Shown here: one piece after another, positions 28,273 to 41,959 of the stretch
Layout of the letters: each line of letters starts with the position of its first letter
Position numbering within the stretch: position 1 is the stretch's first letter
Assembly (NCBI GenBank): GCA_030141605.1
Contig: JAQGDQ010000073.1
Span: forward strand, 496,001 to 560,000
Direction: 5' to 3'
Source of the DNA: Tubiluchus corallicola
Lineage: Eukaryota; Animalia; Priapulida
Length of the DNA stretch: 64,000 nucleotides
The notes under the pieces: model-generated
Told to the model about the DNA's origin: nothing
The model's database searches: none
The model's input: the letters and a program-made list of their open reading frames with translations, nothing else
Program-made: the position numbers and the translations under genes

Positions 28273-29369
28273 GAAGAGAGCAGAAACGTGACATAGAGAG
28301 AACAAAATTTAAGAAAGAATGAAAATAAAAAATAGGGTAAGAGGGGGAGCTAACTCTATTACCGCTGCCGATAGTTCGGGTAATCAAAACAGTGACGTTC
28401 GTAATTAATTAGGGAAGTCGATGCGTTGTGCCACTGATCGAAATGATATGACTGATGTTAGTGTTTGTATTAAGTGCTTCGTATCCTAATTAGATTAACA
28501 TCAGCATAAATGAAAAGGGACGGCCCATAATCATACTGGGATGGATGGTTGATAGTTTTTGCCCCGAGACTGAGGATATATATCCTATTTATTTATGGTA
28601 GTAGCCTAAGCAAATTTTTTGCATACGCATGCTTTAAGTCCTTGTATAAATTTCAGGAGCTAGTACGTCTGACCAAATGTATTTTACAAAAAAAAAAAAC
28701 AGTCTACTACGCCAAACAAGAATCAGACTACACACAGGACTTAGTGAGTTAGTTTTATTTTATACTAAAAATTTGATTTTGTTTTAATTTATCGTTTGAG
28801 TTAGTTGATGTTTGTTCTTAATTAACTGCTTTGGTCACTATAATGAAAAGCGATATAATTATCGCAGAAGTGCTAAGACAACTGTGAGGTCGTTACTGTA
28901 TATTTTTGTAATAGGTCTATAGTGCCTTTACATAGCTAGACAGATAATTTGACCTGTGCACATCTAGTCTGCCACAAAAAACTCCTCGATTTTGGCAGCC
29001 ACTTAGCCTATTTCGTATTCTGTGTATTGTGCTTGTTCATTTTGCTCCCTTGTGAGTTTTTTGTTTACGTCCGGTTTACTGTAGCTAAACACCGGAAACA
29101 ATTACAGACGAAGTTGTTTACAATCGCTAATTATTCTATTTTCATTTATAAAAGATGTACAAGTAAAGCGCTTGGTAACTAATACTGGTTATTAGACTAC
29201 ATTTGTATGTATTGTAAACAGATCTGCTAAAAAGACAGTTAGAAATGCAGTCCTCTAAGTCGTTGCGAAAACTGTAATATCTATGTTATGATTACGATTA
29301 TGATTATGACTATGACGATTATGATTAAAAATATTAATATTTTTGTTTTGACAAGTATCAGAATAATAA

Positions 29370-29583
29370 TTTCGCTTAGTCCAGGGATAACACCTTAAGG
29401 AACTCAATACTTATTTCCGAAGTGGTTCCGATTATTACTAGCCGCACGTTACTTCGATAAACTCGCATGCTTGGTCGAAGAACCAACCAGTTTTTAAGTT
29501 TTTGGCATCACTCGGCCCGAAGTTGAACCCGAACCTCCCCGGATGGGAAGTGAGTACTCTATCACCGAGCTGCGCCACCCGGC
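29370..29583 (-). mobile_element. tRNA-derived SINE
   Basis: Minus strand shows A box TGGCGCAGCTCGG and B box GGGTTCAACTTC, then CCGAGTGATGCCAAAAACTTAAAAACTGGT. The 3' end is approximate. Confidence 0.65.
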
Positions 29584-29903
29584 ATAAAAGCTGAGTTAAG
29601 TTGATTAAGTTGAGTATTATTAATGTGTTGCAAAATTTATTTCTATTCTAGTTTTAAAGTTTGCTTTCAACGTTCGCGGTAACTAAAATTGCGTGGATTC
29701 GTGGCTTGTAAATGTTCAACTTTTTTGGAACCAATTACAGTTTTAAGTAATTTAACAATTTATTTAAAAAAATGCTCTACAGTTTACTTTGAAATTCAGC
29801 ACTGTAACTGCAACTCTTTGCCTCAAATACACTGTTATTCTAAATTCACCAACTGAGACAATCGATTTAGAAAAAGAAGAAGAATTAATAAAACCCCGCC
29901 CAC

Positions 29904-30069
29904 CTGCCAAGAATCTTGCTGACACATCCATGACTAACTCTGAGCTGTCGGGAAATGTCACACGGTCGGACACCATTATGCGCTAACTCGACAATCTTTT
30001 GCCGAACCACGTCCGGAAGAGGGCGCCCGTTTACGAATACGCCCCCTAACTGATTTACGCCTCCATGGC
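29904..30069 (-). CDS. Pax2/5/8: Pax2/5/8 paired-domain exon, PAI subdomain: [55 protein letters not shown]
   Basis: Acceptor tttttttcag, donor AG|gtgggc, 166 nt, phase 1->2. The Q-L-R-V-S-H residues mark the Pax2/5/8 class rather than Pax6. Confidence 0.98.
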
Positions 30070-30235
30070 CTGAAAAAAAGAAAAATTTTTACATAAAGAT
30101 TTATCGCAGTGTGCAACTGATACCGTTTAAGCATGCCATTTAAAATTTAAATTTAACAGTTTGCTTATTGACCTAAAATGTACTACGTTTAACTAAAGAA
30201 TATGTTGGAGATCCCAAATAATTCTCATTCTCATG

Positions 30236-30524
<289 letters not shown>

Positions 30525-31399
30525 TAATTCAATGTGATATAAAAAGTCATTTTATTTTTAGCAAAATAAAAGAATTACATTCAATTTATAATAGTAGATA
30601 TCAAATCCACTGCAGGATTCACGCAGACAATTTACAAAAACTTTTGACAAATTCTTGACAAGATATACTATATAATACTGCACGTATGAGCACGTTTATT
30701 TATGAACTTGTAATACTTTAAAAGGGTTTTAATTATATACAAAATCCTGGTAAAATCGTGGGATTTCATTTTCAACCTTTTCATGTCGCAAATTCGCGCA
30801 TTCTTATAAATAGTGGCATGTAAGTAAATCAAGCAAATAACACTATGCACAAGCAAGAAAATGCCATGAAAACGCGTTACAAAATTTATATCCTAAAATA
30901 AATGCGTTATGGAAGTGGTTTCATAAGTGAAGTAATATTTCACTATGGAATGGTTGGCGTGCGCTGTTAGTAACTATATTTATGTCAGCGCAACTTATGA
31001 TGCCTTTTAATAAATGTCCAGTTCAGCACTTAGGGTGAAATAAATAATCAGAAATTTCAGAACTGATTCATTAACATTTACAAAACGACGACTTAAAAAT
31101 AACTTACAATGCAGCCGATATAAATAAACGGTGTAAAAGCAAACAAAACTAAAATGTATAAATTCAAAACTAAGAATCAAATTCATTCCGTTTGTGCAAA
31201 AAATTAATTTCCCTTGTAATTTGTGATTTTTATTTTGCATAATCTCTGAATCTTCTAAACTCTCTAAATCTTTTAAAAGTTTTGCCATGTATCAGTGATG
31301 TACAACACAAATTTTTACGATCAGTAAAATGGTTGAAATATTGAAAACTTTCGTTGTTCCCGACTGATATAATAAACTATAGACTACAGCAGTCTTTCA

Positions 31400-31620
31400 G
31401 AAACATTCATTGATTTGGCGGACACATTTCCCCGGATAATTTTAACTCTTTCCAGCCATATATAAACTAAAATGAATGGCTGCTTCGTCACCGTCGGGTA
31501 CAATAATCACCTTAATTTGCATAATACGTCAGCACCTAACCCTCTCAGCTGTCAATACGAGACATAATCTCATTATTATAATTGCACACAATTGCCTTAT
31601 CATGTCGTAATGACTTTACT
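31400..31620. promoter_or_regulatory. Candidate intronic enhancer (Sox + POU + TALE/E-box sites)
   Basis: ACAAT 31500-31504, octamer ATTTGCAT 31515-31522, CAGCTGTCA 31546-31554 and several TAAT cores. Confidence 0.3.
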
Positions 31621-32221
31621 GCTCGTTACACTAAAACAATTTCGGCGAATTATGGCTTTCGAATGCGGTGCCAGTTTCAATCAACATGTCTGCGCAGTAC
31701 TATGTAACTTAAAAGTAACTCAAATTCTTGGCCGGAAAACTGAACACGAGTACGATTTTTCACTGCATTCCAAAATGTAAAAATTCTCGGCACTAGTGGA
31801 CAATAATCATGGTTTGAATGATTAATGTAATTTATACTGCCGTCTGGCTTTGCTTATTTGGAAGTTCTGATTAGAGTGAATTTATGCCTACCGTCTATTA
31901 TTGGTGGTTTCCGCATAACTGTGACAAATATGGGCGTAATTTATACTGGCAAATTAATAATGAGATGGAATTAATTCAGCAATATCGCTGTTCGCTGTCA
32001 TTATTCGTCGTTTGTTTATAACTGTGTAATTTTTATTCCCTAATGTGTTTATTAGTTTTTAATCTTTCCTTTTATATTATCAGCTCAGGGAGCAATAGTT
32101 TTTATACATTAGCGTTCTCTCAATATTTTTGTGGATTCTCTGTTTGATTGCATTATGTGACACACGTTAAACTAATCATAATGTTCTTGTCAATATTCAA
32201 TCCTGTAGGAACAGCTTGTAG

Positions 32222-32504
32222 TGTAGTGACTACAAGACCTTTTCCTACAATACGTGATGTAAATATGACGTCACGCAAGTATTGAAAAGTTAGTCACGCG
32301 CCCAATCCGGTGGTGGCTGCAGAACTACTCGTCTACGTTGCTGATCTTTGTACATATGTTACATTTGCTATATAATAATAAACCTTATCAATAAACTGCT
32401 ACATTGCTATTTATTTCAGTACCAAGGCAAAAAATTTCCACGCATCACTACATTGTTGCCGTGACGTAGACCACTACATTGTTGCCGTGACGTAGACCAC
32501 TATA
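32222..32504 (+). mobile_element. Probable solo LTR (Gypsy-like, 4-bp TSD)
   Basis: Begins TGTAGTG and ends CACTATA (cf. CACTACA). Flanked by GTAG on both sides (32218-32221 and 32505-32508). Contains two AATAAA and a 26-bp tandem duplication at 32446-32497. Confidence 0.6.
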
Positions 32505-33646
32505 GTAGTTTAGAAGCTTAGATCGTTAAGTTTTCTCTTTATATGGTTATGTAGTGGTTAATTTTAATCAATTATCAACCGGTTATATATATTTTCGTGG
32601 CAAAACTTCTATTTTGTCAGTCTGGTTCAGAATAATTTCAAAATGTTTGTAGAAATTTCAAAGTCATAAGGTATACTGTAGACCATAAGTTTTGAGCAAA
32701 CGCTACTGTATTATTTTTCTCTTAATAAGGGAATAAATTGTCGCTCTCACCACGGATAACAAAGTTAATAACAACTGTAAAACACGCTGCAAGTTACATG
32801 AGAAAAAACAGGTACATACGGAAGACACTGGTAGGTCTTTAAATTAGGACGTAATCAAAAGGATATTTAGTCAATTATTTTGTTTATAATTATTTACTAA
32901 CTGCCTGCTAGCCCTGCATAATTTACGCAGTAAAACGTTACATCAGTTATTTCTTCATTATTCTCATGCTTATTATTTACCCATGTATAAAACTACTTAC
33001 ATAGATATAGTTAAAAATGTTTGTGCAAGATTTTATCACTCAGCAAATATCAGCTACAACCGGAAATAAATTAACATTACTTCGGTAAATGAACACGGAT
33101 GTATGAAATATGAGAAAAAGACGGAGGAGGGGGCTGAATCTACTAAATTAATAAATTGTATCATACAATGTAAAACAGCCAAGGAAAAACTTATAGGCCT
33201 ACAGAAACTGCTAGACATGTAAATTGCAGTTAAACAAAAATGTCTAGGATACACCATAATCACAAGGTGTTTAGATGCCCAAACTAAATAGGCTTTATGA
33301 TAGACTGCATGGATTGCAAAACACTTATGATTTAGGCAGTAGTTAAATTTTATTAGTTTCAATACTTGCAACATTTTGCACGATTTTGTACCATAAAATT
33401 GCCATTGATCCGATTCTTTATAGCAGTTTTTCATGTTCAAGTTTATTTTTAGTTGAGTGTTTAACACAGCTACATATTGCAAAATCAAAGGAAACATTCA
33501 TTTTTGGTACAACATATTTACTGCCTAATTAATCCGCTTGTGTAAAAATCTCAAATTATTACATGTACTTAAGATTTTGACGCATTGTATAAAACAAAAA
33601 AAAGAAAGATCTTGCACATATAAACCAAAAGTTTAAGTTAGCTCAC

Positions 33647-33698
33647 ATGATCTGTTTGAATTAGCCTCGCCTGAGCACAAGGACACAAACGTAGCCAT
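33647..33698 (-). CDS. Pax2/5/8: Candidate alternative first exon MATFVSLCSGEANSNRS
   Basis: Kozak accATGG, donor T|gtgagc, 52 nt, phase 1, in frame with the paired box. Confidence 0.35.
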
Positions 33699-34103
33699 GG
33701 TCGTCACACTTGACTAGAAAATGCACTGTACAGTACCTTTTAAAAAATCCACAAAGTGATCACATTTAAAAATTCCCGAGAATTTCCATGCGAACAACAT
33801 TTTTAAAATGAACGCCCGCATAATTCACTTGACCATCCTACAGGTGAACTATCGCGAAATAGATATTAAGTGAAATCCGCAAAAACGTCATTTACAATAG
33901 TGCGAATATTAGCAGTGAGTTAAACTCAGTTTAAAAGAAACCATTTAACACGTGACCCCGTTTTCGCGAACTGTAAGATCACAGAATTGACCGATGGTCA
34001 ATTCCAAGGCATTCAAGCATACACTATATAAAGAAATTTCTAGGAATACGTGTTTAGTCGAAGCTGAAAAACACAAGTCGTTGTTTGGTAAAGTAAGTAC
34101 GCC

Positions 34104-34335
34104 TGAACTTAATGCCCGCATTAGTAGATGACATGCAAATATGCGTTGTGTTTAAATCTTCAAGAAACAGAATTTTATTTAATTAAAATTCGGTCCGCAG
34201 TCGTTTCAAAATGTCGTAGTAAAAGGATGAACTTAATGCCTGCATAGTCAATATGTGAATATACGATTACGTTAAAATCTTTAAGACGCATACTTTCATT
34301 TAATCAAAATTCAGAGGTCGCAGTCTTCTTTAAAA
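34104..34335. repeat. Diverged tandem duplication, about 124-bp unit, 2 copies
   Basis: TGAACTTAATGCC.GCAT...AAATCTT.AAGA...ATTTAAT.AAAATTC..CGCAGTC at 34104 and 34228. Confidence 0.7.
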
Positions 34336-35141
34336 CTTAGTCACATTATTTGTGTGGCTGTACTAATTCCAGGTCTCGGGCTCAAATCCCGACTAGTCCG
34401 CAATTTTTCAGCGTCTCTTCTTTCAACACAGTACCGGCAAAGGGTAATAATTCTTGAAAAAACAAACCGCAATGGTTTATGAACAATCTGGCAATCACAG
34501 TTACAATCTAATTAATAATTATTTGTATTTTCTAGTAAATTTTTGCGTGTGATTTCTAATAATTAATAAATAATAATGAGCGCTACGTCTGTTGATATAA
34601 ATGTGTTGCTAACTTATTTTATGTATAGGCTAAGCCAGCGTTAGTTGTTATACTAATATGCAAATACAAAAATATCTGTTACGGTAAACTTTTTATACAC
34701 TAATGCAGATTTTATAGGCTGGTCTAACGATATATTTCATATTTATTAGTGCTAAAATATTTAAAATACAAAAAACAAGGCATACATACAATTTAATTTT
34801 GAAATATAGTGACACTGCAGACAAGCAACCAATGACTGATAAGACAAATATTATAAATTCGCTCCTGATAATTATTTTAGTTATTTAAACGAAGACTCTA
34901 GTGATTAGTATTTTCAAATAGATTGTCACTCATCTGGCCTCATTTTCAATGTGATATTGTCATTACATAGTGTATTGTTCATAATATAACTTCATAGCAT
35001 CCAGAACGAATTTTAATCGCTAAACTGCCATAAAAAATTGGTTTGTTTGTCTTCAAAATTACTAGGAAAATTTCAATAAAGGTTTTCGACAACAGAAGTT
35101 AGAGTTACAGTCGTAAAGAATCTGGAAAAAAATGACCCCAC

Positions 35142-35202
35142 CTTGAAAATCCACTATGTATCCATAAGCATAATACAAGTAAACGTTTAAATAGAAATCC
35201 AT
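35142..35202 (-). CDS. Pax2/5/8: Candidate alternative first exon MDFYLNVYLYYAYGYIVDFQ(G)
   Basis: Kozak accATGG, donor CAAG|gtgggg, 61 nt, phase 1. It would give the canonical G-H-G-G-V junction. Confidence 0.3.
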
Positions 35203-36599
35203 GGTACCAGGCGCACCGTCAGTATTCATACCAATAACGTTTGGCTTTTCTATAGTCGTGCATTGGGTATTAACCTATTCCTTATATCAGCGACTTAAAG
35301 ACTTGTTCACATGTAATTCAGTTTTGTATCGTTCACACAGAAATCGTTACAATTTATTGGTCTGAGCATAGTTTTTCTTTATTTCATGAAAACTACAGTA
35401 TTAATTTGCGCACTACGAGTGAATGATAAATACACATTTAGAGCAAAGTTTGATAAAAATTCAGAACTAAATGCGTCTTAATACTTCACGATCACAGGGG
35501 TAAAACTCAATTTAAACCTCTAGTATAAATGCACTCTCTTTGTAGTAGCTTAAACGGATGGTACTTCAGTCACAATTTTTAAAGAACAAACTTCACAACC
35601 TAACTTAACTAGCACAAGAAGCGATCTACTCCTACTGGGAGGAAGACAACCGACCAATTTGTTATAACATCTAAGTACCTAAATTGAGTTACTAGCTGCT
35701 TTTGATGCATACCGCGTCGCCAACTTTCACAAGGCTGTATACAAACCAATTGTGGAAAATCTAATTTAGCAATTTGGGCGCGATAGAAGCCAGTAAAGGC
35801 TGCAATAGGACTGCTTATAAGTTGTATGACTAGCTTCTCGCTGCTCGCGATGACGAGGATATAACTGAGTTAAGGCGTAGAAAGGGATGTACAGATTGAG
35901 ACGATAAAGGAGCGAACTGCAGAATTACCAGTGGGAGGGGCAAAAAGAATAAATGCAGATGTAAATGTAGTAGCATAAACAAGTATACCATAAACAAGTG
36001 AGTGTGGTTGTGGTATTTATTATGTAAATGAGGAAATGGGAATAATGATGATGATGATGATGCTGATGATGATAATAATAGACGCGCAGAAAAATGTCTG
36101 CATGGGCGTCTCTGACCGCAGAATTGAGGCCATGGCCTATACCAATTAGACGTAATTAAACCAAAAGTAAATTTAAAATCAACTAAAATTAAACTCGCAA
36201 TATAGACAGTGTTTAAAGTCATCCTTGCTAAACATTATCCATCAGTTGTGAAGAAATACAGCAGCACTACACTCTTTCAAGAAAACAAACACTAATGTAA
36301 TACCACATTTAAATTTCAAAATTTAAATAGATCATGTACGGGTTGCAGATGAGCAAGTAAGACAAGCAAACTTTTATTCAAAACTTTTTCCTCTGCCTGA
36401 CTCAAACAGTGATTTCTTATATAGCCATGATGATGACACCTGCTGGTCAATTACGAAAGTTTTGATATTCTTTAATTCTTTAAAACTACAAACACGAAAT
36501 CAATGAAAGAAGCCAATTCTCTTTACTCATTTTCATCCGAGCGTTTCATGATTATTTTCCCGTCATCTCTGACAGGTCGTTACTGGGGCAACAGCGTTT

Positions 36600-36860
36600 T
36601 CTATATTTTCTGGGCGGCCATTCCGACTTCGCTCTCACGAATTTTCGCAAAAAATAATCGCCATATAATCGGGCGCACTCGCGGTGACTTCTGATTAGTG
36701 TTTCGCTCTGCTGACCGCTCGCCGGAAATTTGGCGCTAAAAGTGGACAGGTTGCGTCATTATGCGGCCGGCGTCGCAGCGTGCTTAAACCGATATTTTTA
36801 ACTCGTTACGTTGTTCGTTTGACTGAAATTGAAAAGAGGTGACGCTGCGCTTGACTGCAG
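36600..36860. promoter_or_regulatory. CpG/GC-rich promoter-like island
   Basis: High local CpG with ETS-like CCGGAAA, E2F-like TTTGGCGC and TGCGTCA. Lies upstream (minus strand) of the 35.2-kb and 33.7-kb candidate first exons. Confidence 0.35.
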
Positions 36861-37029
36861 AGATGTACACACGCGAACCCCATCGACTGTTTATTGTAAA
36901 TTAACTGATTTTGCAACAAAATTGAGAAAAAAAGACTTGAGCTTTTTGATTCGCTTTGCTGATAGCTATTCAATGCCGCCAATTGTATACCCGATTATTT
37001 CAATATAATCATCCAAGAGATATTTCATC

Positions 37030-37137
37030 AATATAATCATCGATTATTACCATCATCATCATCACCATCATCGTCATCATCACCATTATTGTCATCATCG
37101 TCGTCGTCATCGTCATCGTCGTTGTTGTCATCATTAC
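37030..37137. repeat. (CAT/CGT)n degenerate trinucleotide repeat
   Basis: Seen directly. Confidence 0.8.
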
Positions 37138-38013
37138 CAGCATAAAATTTGTATATGACCACAATTTACATCACAGAGGTGACGATAATAATTTGCGCCT
37201 GTAAACTGATATAGAAATTGATTGCTCAGTGGGTGAAGGGAAAAAAACAATAGCAAAAAACAAACGACCTATGTCAGGTAAATATAAAATACCAATACCC
37301 GAATCAAGCAAGGAAATGGTATAAAAAAAACTAAGAACACCTATGTAGCGTGTTTGTAGCGTGTTTCACAATATATTTCTGAATTGTACCGGGCGGAAAA
37401 AGTTCAAACGTCAACCGACTGCCGTGAAATAATGTTATTTTTTCTTCAAGCATGACGTAAAAGCTATATCTATCATATTGCTCTGTTTGTATTTTTAACT
37501 GATTTCGGCACGAGGCAAAGTAATTTTATACATTTCCATAGGACGAGGTTATATATTTGTTTAGCCACAATAATATTTGTAACAAATTATAAAGTAAATC
37601 ATAATATTTTTCGATGCGAGGATTTTTAAGTTCATTTTGATAGCAATTCTTATAATACTAGGAGGATGCCCTTTGATTTAATCCCAGGTGACGCCACTTA
37701 TACATTGTTCAATTCTCTCGTGGCGCCTCCTTTTTGTTCGAGTCAAAATATTTCTTGGGATTTAAATCTTAATAAAATATTTTTTCGCCGTAAATTGTTT
37801 TTATTAATTCGGCAGGTTTATTTTGAATAGTAACAAGGAATCTGAGAAGTGTGGCAAACAGAGGCAAAACAGAAAAGGAAAAAGAAAATTGGCTAGCTAG
37901 AGAAAACATAATAGCATAGAAAACCTTTTGTGATTTCAAAAAGTTCAGGCTAACAAAGTTGCATTTGCAACGAGAGATAGTTACGACAGAAAACAGAAAG
38001 AGAGCAGCAGAAA

Positions 38014-38129
<116 letters not shown>

Positions 38130-39295
38130 TAGGGGGACAGAGAGAAAGAAGACAGGAGGGTAACGAGAAAAAAGGAAGGAACGGATGGGGGACACTAAAT
38201 CAGATTTTACGACTAAACTACACGTACTTTTGTATAAAAGATTTACATAACAAATGGAAAACTGACGTTTTGTCACATTCTACATTAGATCATATACTAT
38301 GCTGCCTCTTAATTTATTTTCTGAAATTAAATCAGAAACCTATCAACAATAAAAAATAAATGAGAAATAACAATTTTTTCGTTATAGTTAGAAAACATTT
38401 AAAACCACATTGTGTTACCAGAAAATTTATTTTCAATAACTCAATATTGAGTTTGTGAACAAGCAAATTAAGAACTAAGAATAATATTATGTTATAAATT
38501 AATTATCAATGGTTAAACTTATTATTATAGATGATTTATATTGAACAGTTATGCTTTTTAAAGTTTCCTTTTTAGAAGTCTTATTTATAAAGTTCACAGA
38601 AAAGTAATTATAACAAAATTATTACATGCAGGATAGACTGAAATAATTCGTCCTTTTTATAATAAACATTTTAAGGTAAGATATATAACATAGACATACA
38701 AATAAATTTTACTTAGTAATTATGTTAGTAAGTTTTTCACCAAACTTTGAAAAGGTGCTTTACGTTTTTATTTATCATCATAAAGCATGCATTTTTACAG
38801 AATAACACCACAACTGCTGTGTAGCTGAAAACCAGTTTTGATATAGTTAATAATACGACGAAGTCAACAAATAAACAGGTCAGAAACTCGCGTGTTGTTG
38901 TTATTTCAATTTTATCGTTCATTACTAAGTTAGCTGAATATCAATAACTGGATCTGATCACATTGGCAGCTGCGAGAAAAATCGCATAAGTTGTTGACAC
39001 TGCGCCACTTTCGTATTATTATATGCTTTTGCTTTTCGTAATTGACAAATTTCGTCATCGAAATAGAGTGTAAATGTGTCACAGAAAATCGGGCGAAGGC
39101 TCCGTTGCCACTACGTCACAGCATAGTATGGTTATTCTATAGCGGTCAATCATCTCCTGTGTGTGTTTGATTTTTTCTGGTTCACCAATAACACTTAATG
39201 AAAATGACGTCACTCGTCTTTGAGCGCCATAAACTTGGTTTTTGAATATAACATTCTGTTATGCTGAATTAAAAATCAAAAAAGATTAATTTCTA

Positions 39296-39384
39296 TAAGT
39301 AAGTAAGTAAGTAAGTCAGTAAGTAATAAGTGAGTGAGTGAGTGAGTGAGTGAGTGAGTGAGTGAGTGAGTGAGTGAGTGAGTG

Positions 39385-39420
<36 letters not shown>

Positions 39421-39441
39421 CGTAAGTAAGTTAGTAAGTAA
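39296..39441. repeat. Compound (AAGT)n(GAGT)n(AAGT)n tetranucleotide repeat
   Basis: Seen directly. Confidence 0.95.
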
Positions 39442-40539
39442 GCAAATAACGTTTCATAATGTTTTTTATAAATCAAAATTTGAATTGCACTCTTTTTTGC
39501 TTTGGCCGATCAAATTCCTTCTGTGGCGTTTTAATTGCTATACACCACGGGCCAGAAAAAACTTAAAAATTTAAATGCTTTTGCAGAAAAAGTTTTGTAA
39601 TTTTTCTTTCAAACTCCCTACATCAGAAGGCATGACCTAAAATTTTTTCAGATTCCTCTACATCAGAAAATATGATCTAAAGCCACTAAAACGACGAGAG
39701 TTGAGAATTTCTTAATAAACTTAAATCCACTTTAATTAGAGACTGCAAAACAAGCCTTCTGAGGTGTTTCAAGTTTTCCTCCATGTTGTAGACGTTGTAA
39801 CGTACTTTATGTGTTTTTACTTGGGTTTGAAATCGGTCGAACAATAATTATGGTCTCCGGAAAAAGTTAAAAACTTCACTTGTAACTGTGTAACCTTGCT
39901 TACAGCTCAATCACACGCATACAAACAGACTGCCGACAGCCAGAAAGTATATACCTATTCGTAAATAATTTATTCGACAATCACTCGAAGGCAGCTAGCG
40001 AATAAATACAAAATAAAACACGCTATATAAAATATTAACCTCGTCTAATATTCAGTAATGCATGCTGACGTTAAACAATGCGTGCTTCTTGCATGCAATC
40101 AAAGTGCAATGGCAAGCAGCAAAGGTATAGTTAATGTTCACTCAATGAATTAATGCGATAAGTTGCGCACGTCATGTGTTCAGCGAAAGTAGAAAAGTTA
40201 CTCGCACTTTATCTTGCATTTTCTGCGAAAATTTTGGCTGCTAAGCTGTTATTTCTACGTAATCATAGATGGTACATTATGATTATAAATAAAATATAAA
40301 AAAAACAATTGAAGGCGTTGTGTATGAACAATTTGTTAATTATGCATGAGATTGTGCCCGCATGAAAACGTAACAATATCATAATCGAGAGAAAAAGTTA
40401 TTAATACTTATAATTTGCGACAGAATAAAAAACTAATGTGACAAATTAACGAACGCATTTAATTAATTATATGGGCGCTAAGCTTATTAATTTAATATAT
40501 GTAGGTAACATACTGCTTAAGACATGTTCACATGATCTT

Positions 40540-40980
40540 GTGTTAATACAAGGTGTCACAAAGCGGCCTAGACCTTATTAGAGATCTAAAATATATTTTA
40601 ATTGAAGTCAGAAACAAATCCGGTGTAAAAAAATAAGGATAAAAATAGAAGTTAGAAATTTGAAGAAAATATTATTTGATTTGTTTAAATAAATAGAAAA
40701 ATATTTTTTATTTATTTTTACTTACATGCTAATATTGGTTCCTTAATAAAATAGTTATAAAATCATGCAAACTCCATTTGTCATGTTCTATCACCATAAA
40801 CTTGTACGAGTTATTAATTAAATAAAATGTTAGAATTCAATGTTATAGATAACACTATTGCCTACGACAGTTTTTGACTGGTTATACATGTTTATACATA
40901 TACTGTTTATAATATTTCCATGTATTATATTATCATAACTGTAAATGTGTATAACTTATGCAATAAAGATTATATATAAA
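40540..40980 (+). mobile_element. Possible short 3' fragment of an L2-like LINE
   Basis: Ends in CAATAAAGATTATATATA, nearly the same tail as the LINE ending at 4747. The 5' limit is uncertain. Confidence 0.25.
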
Positions 40981-41110
40981 ACAACACGTTCGCAAAATGG
41001 AAATTTCGGCTTATTTATCGAATCCTGTACCAAACTCTGATCTACATTATTTAGGTACGTATAAAAAAGTTATTATCAGAACTAGATATGATCATACTCA
41101 CAGCACTTAC

Positions 41111-41186
41111 AGCATTTCGACTTGCAGGCGTAATACTCCATGAAATTTCGATTGTACCTGTACGCTGCAGCAGTACTCAAATCCAT
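41111..41186 (-). CDS. Pax2/5/8: Pax2/5/8 best-supported first coding exon MDLSTAAAYRYNRNFMEYYACKSKC
   Basis: Context atcATGG, consensus donor T|gtaagt in phase 1, plus a second phase-1 donor gtgagt 9 nt further on. A promoter-like block lies about 0.8 kb upstream. The MDL..AYRY..M.YY.CK pattern resembles invertebrate Pax2/5/8 N-termini as I recall them (not searched). Confidence 0.75.
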
Positions 41187-41959
41187 GATTAAGTTTCTCA
41201 AATGCAAAAATTTACGACAAAATGTTTAAATAAGGTGAAGAACTATCTTTCCTGTCAGTTTTCTCAAATAAATTTAATTTTTCTCTTTTTCACTGCTTCA
41301 ACTTCTAAGTCAGTGGATAAAAAGTAGTAGTTTTTAAATGAATAAGATGTATCACCATACGCTTTAACGTTCGGCAAAGTTAAAACTTTGCATAAACTTT
41401 CTAATAAAAACCTCACTTTTCCGAGAGTGGTGTTAACCGTTATGAAAGATTAAACTTAATGAATATTTCAGGTGGACATTTTAAAATCTTTTTCCATCAT
41501 ATTTTAAGAAAACTGTTTGGCTTCTAGAATGTATATACATTAATTTCGTCGTAGACTGTGCAGCATGTAAATGGCCTTATAGTCTATGTTGCGTGTGATA
41601 GCTGTCACGTTTTTAACGCACCGCTGTCACAACAATAAAATACAGCCACTGATTCGAGTGCATTGCATTCACTGACCATAGATGTCACTGTTCCAGCGCC
41701 TGATTTTACTACAGCAATTGTGCCATTGTTCCGCGCCGTAATTTTACTATGTATTTTTGCTCAGTCGTTGTGATCTCTCAGGAATTATTCACGGAGTTGA
41801 CTTCACTCTTGCATCTCACCACACTCATAACTCTCGTGCCCAACCGTATGAGTGCCCACCAACGCGTTTTCAATAGTTATAAACACTTATCCACACTACA
41901 ATACCAGTAGTCTAAAACAAGGAGGGATTTAACCAGTGTGCAGAAGCCAAAAGCAGATA

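Noticed and set aside
29510-29583. Functional tRNA genes here and at about 30460-30524, 34360-34410 and 51990-52055
   Set aside because: A/B boxes are present but there is no complete cloverleaf; these are SINE heads or remnants.
33054-33497. 147-aa minus-strand ORF
   Set aside because: No coherent domain; at most a faint resemblance to a decayed LINE C-terminus (LVWAS).
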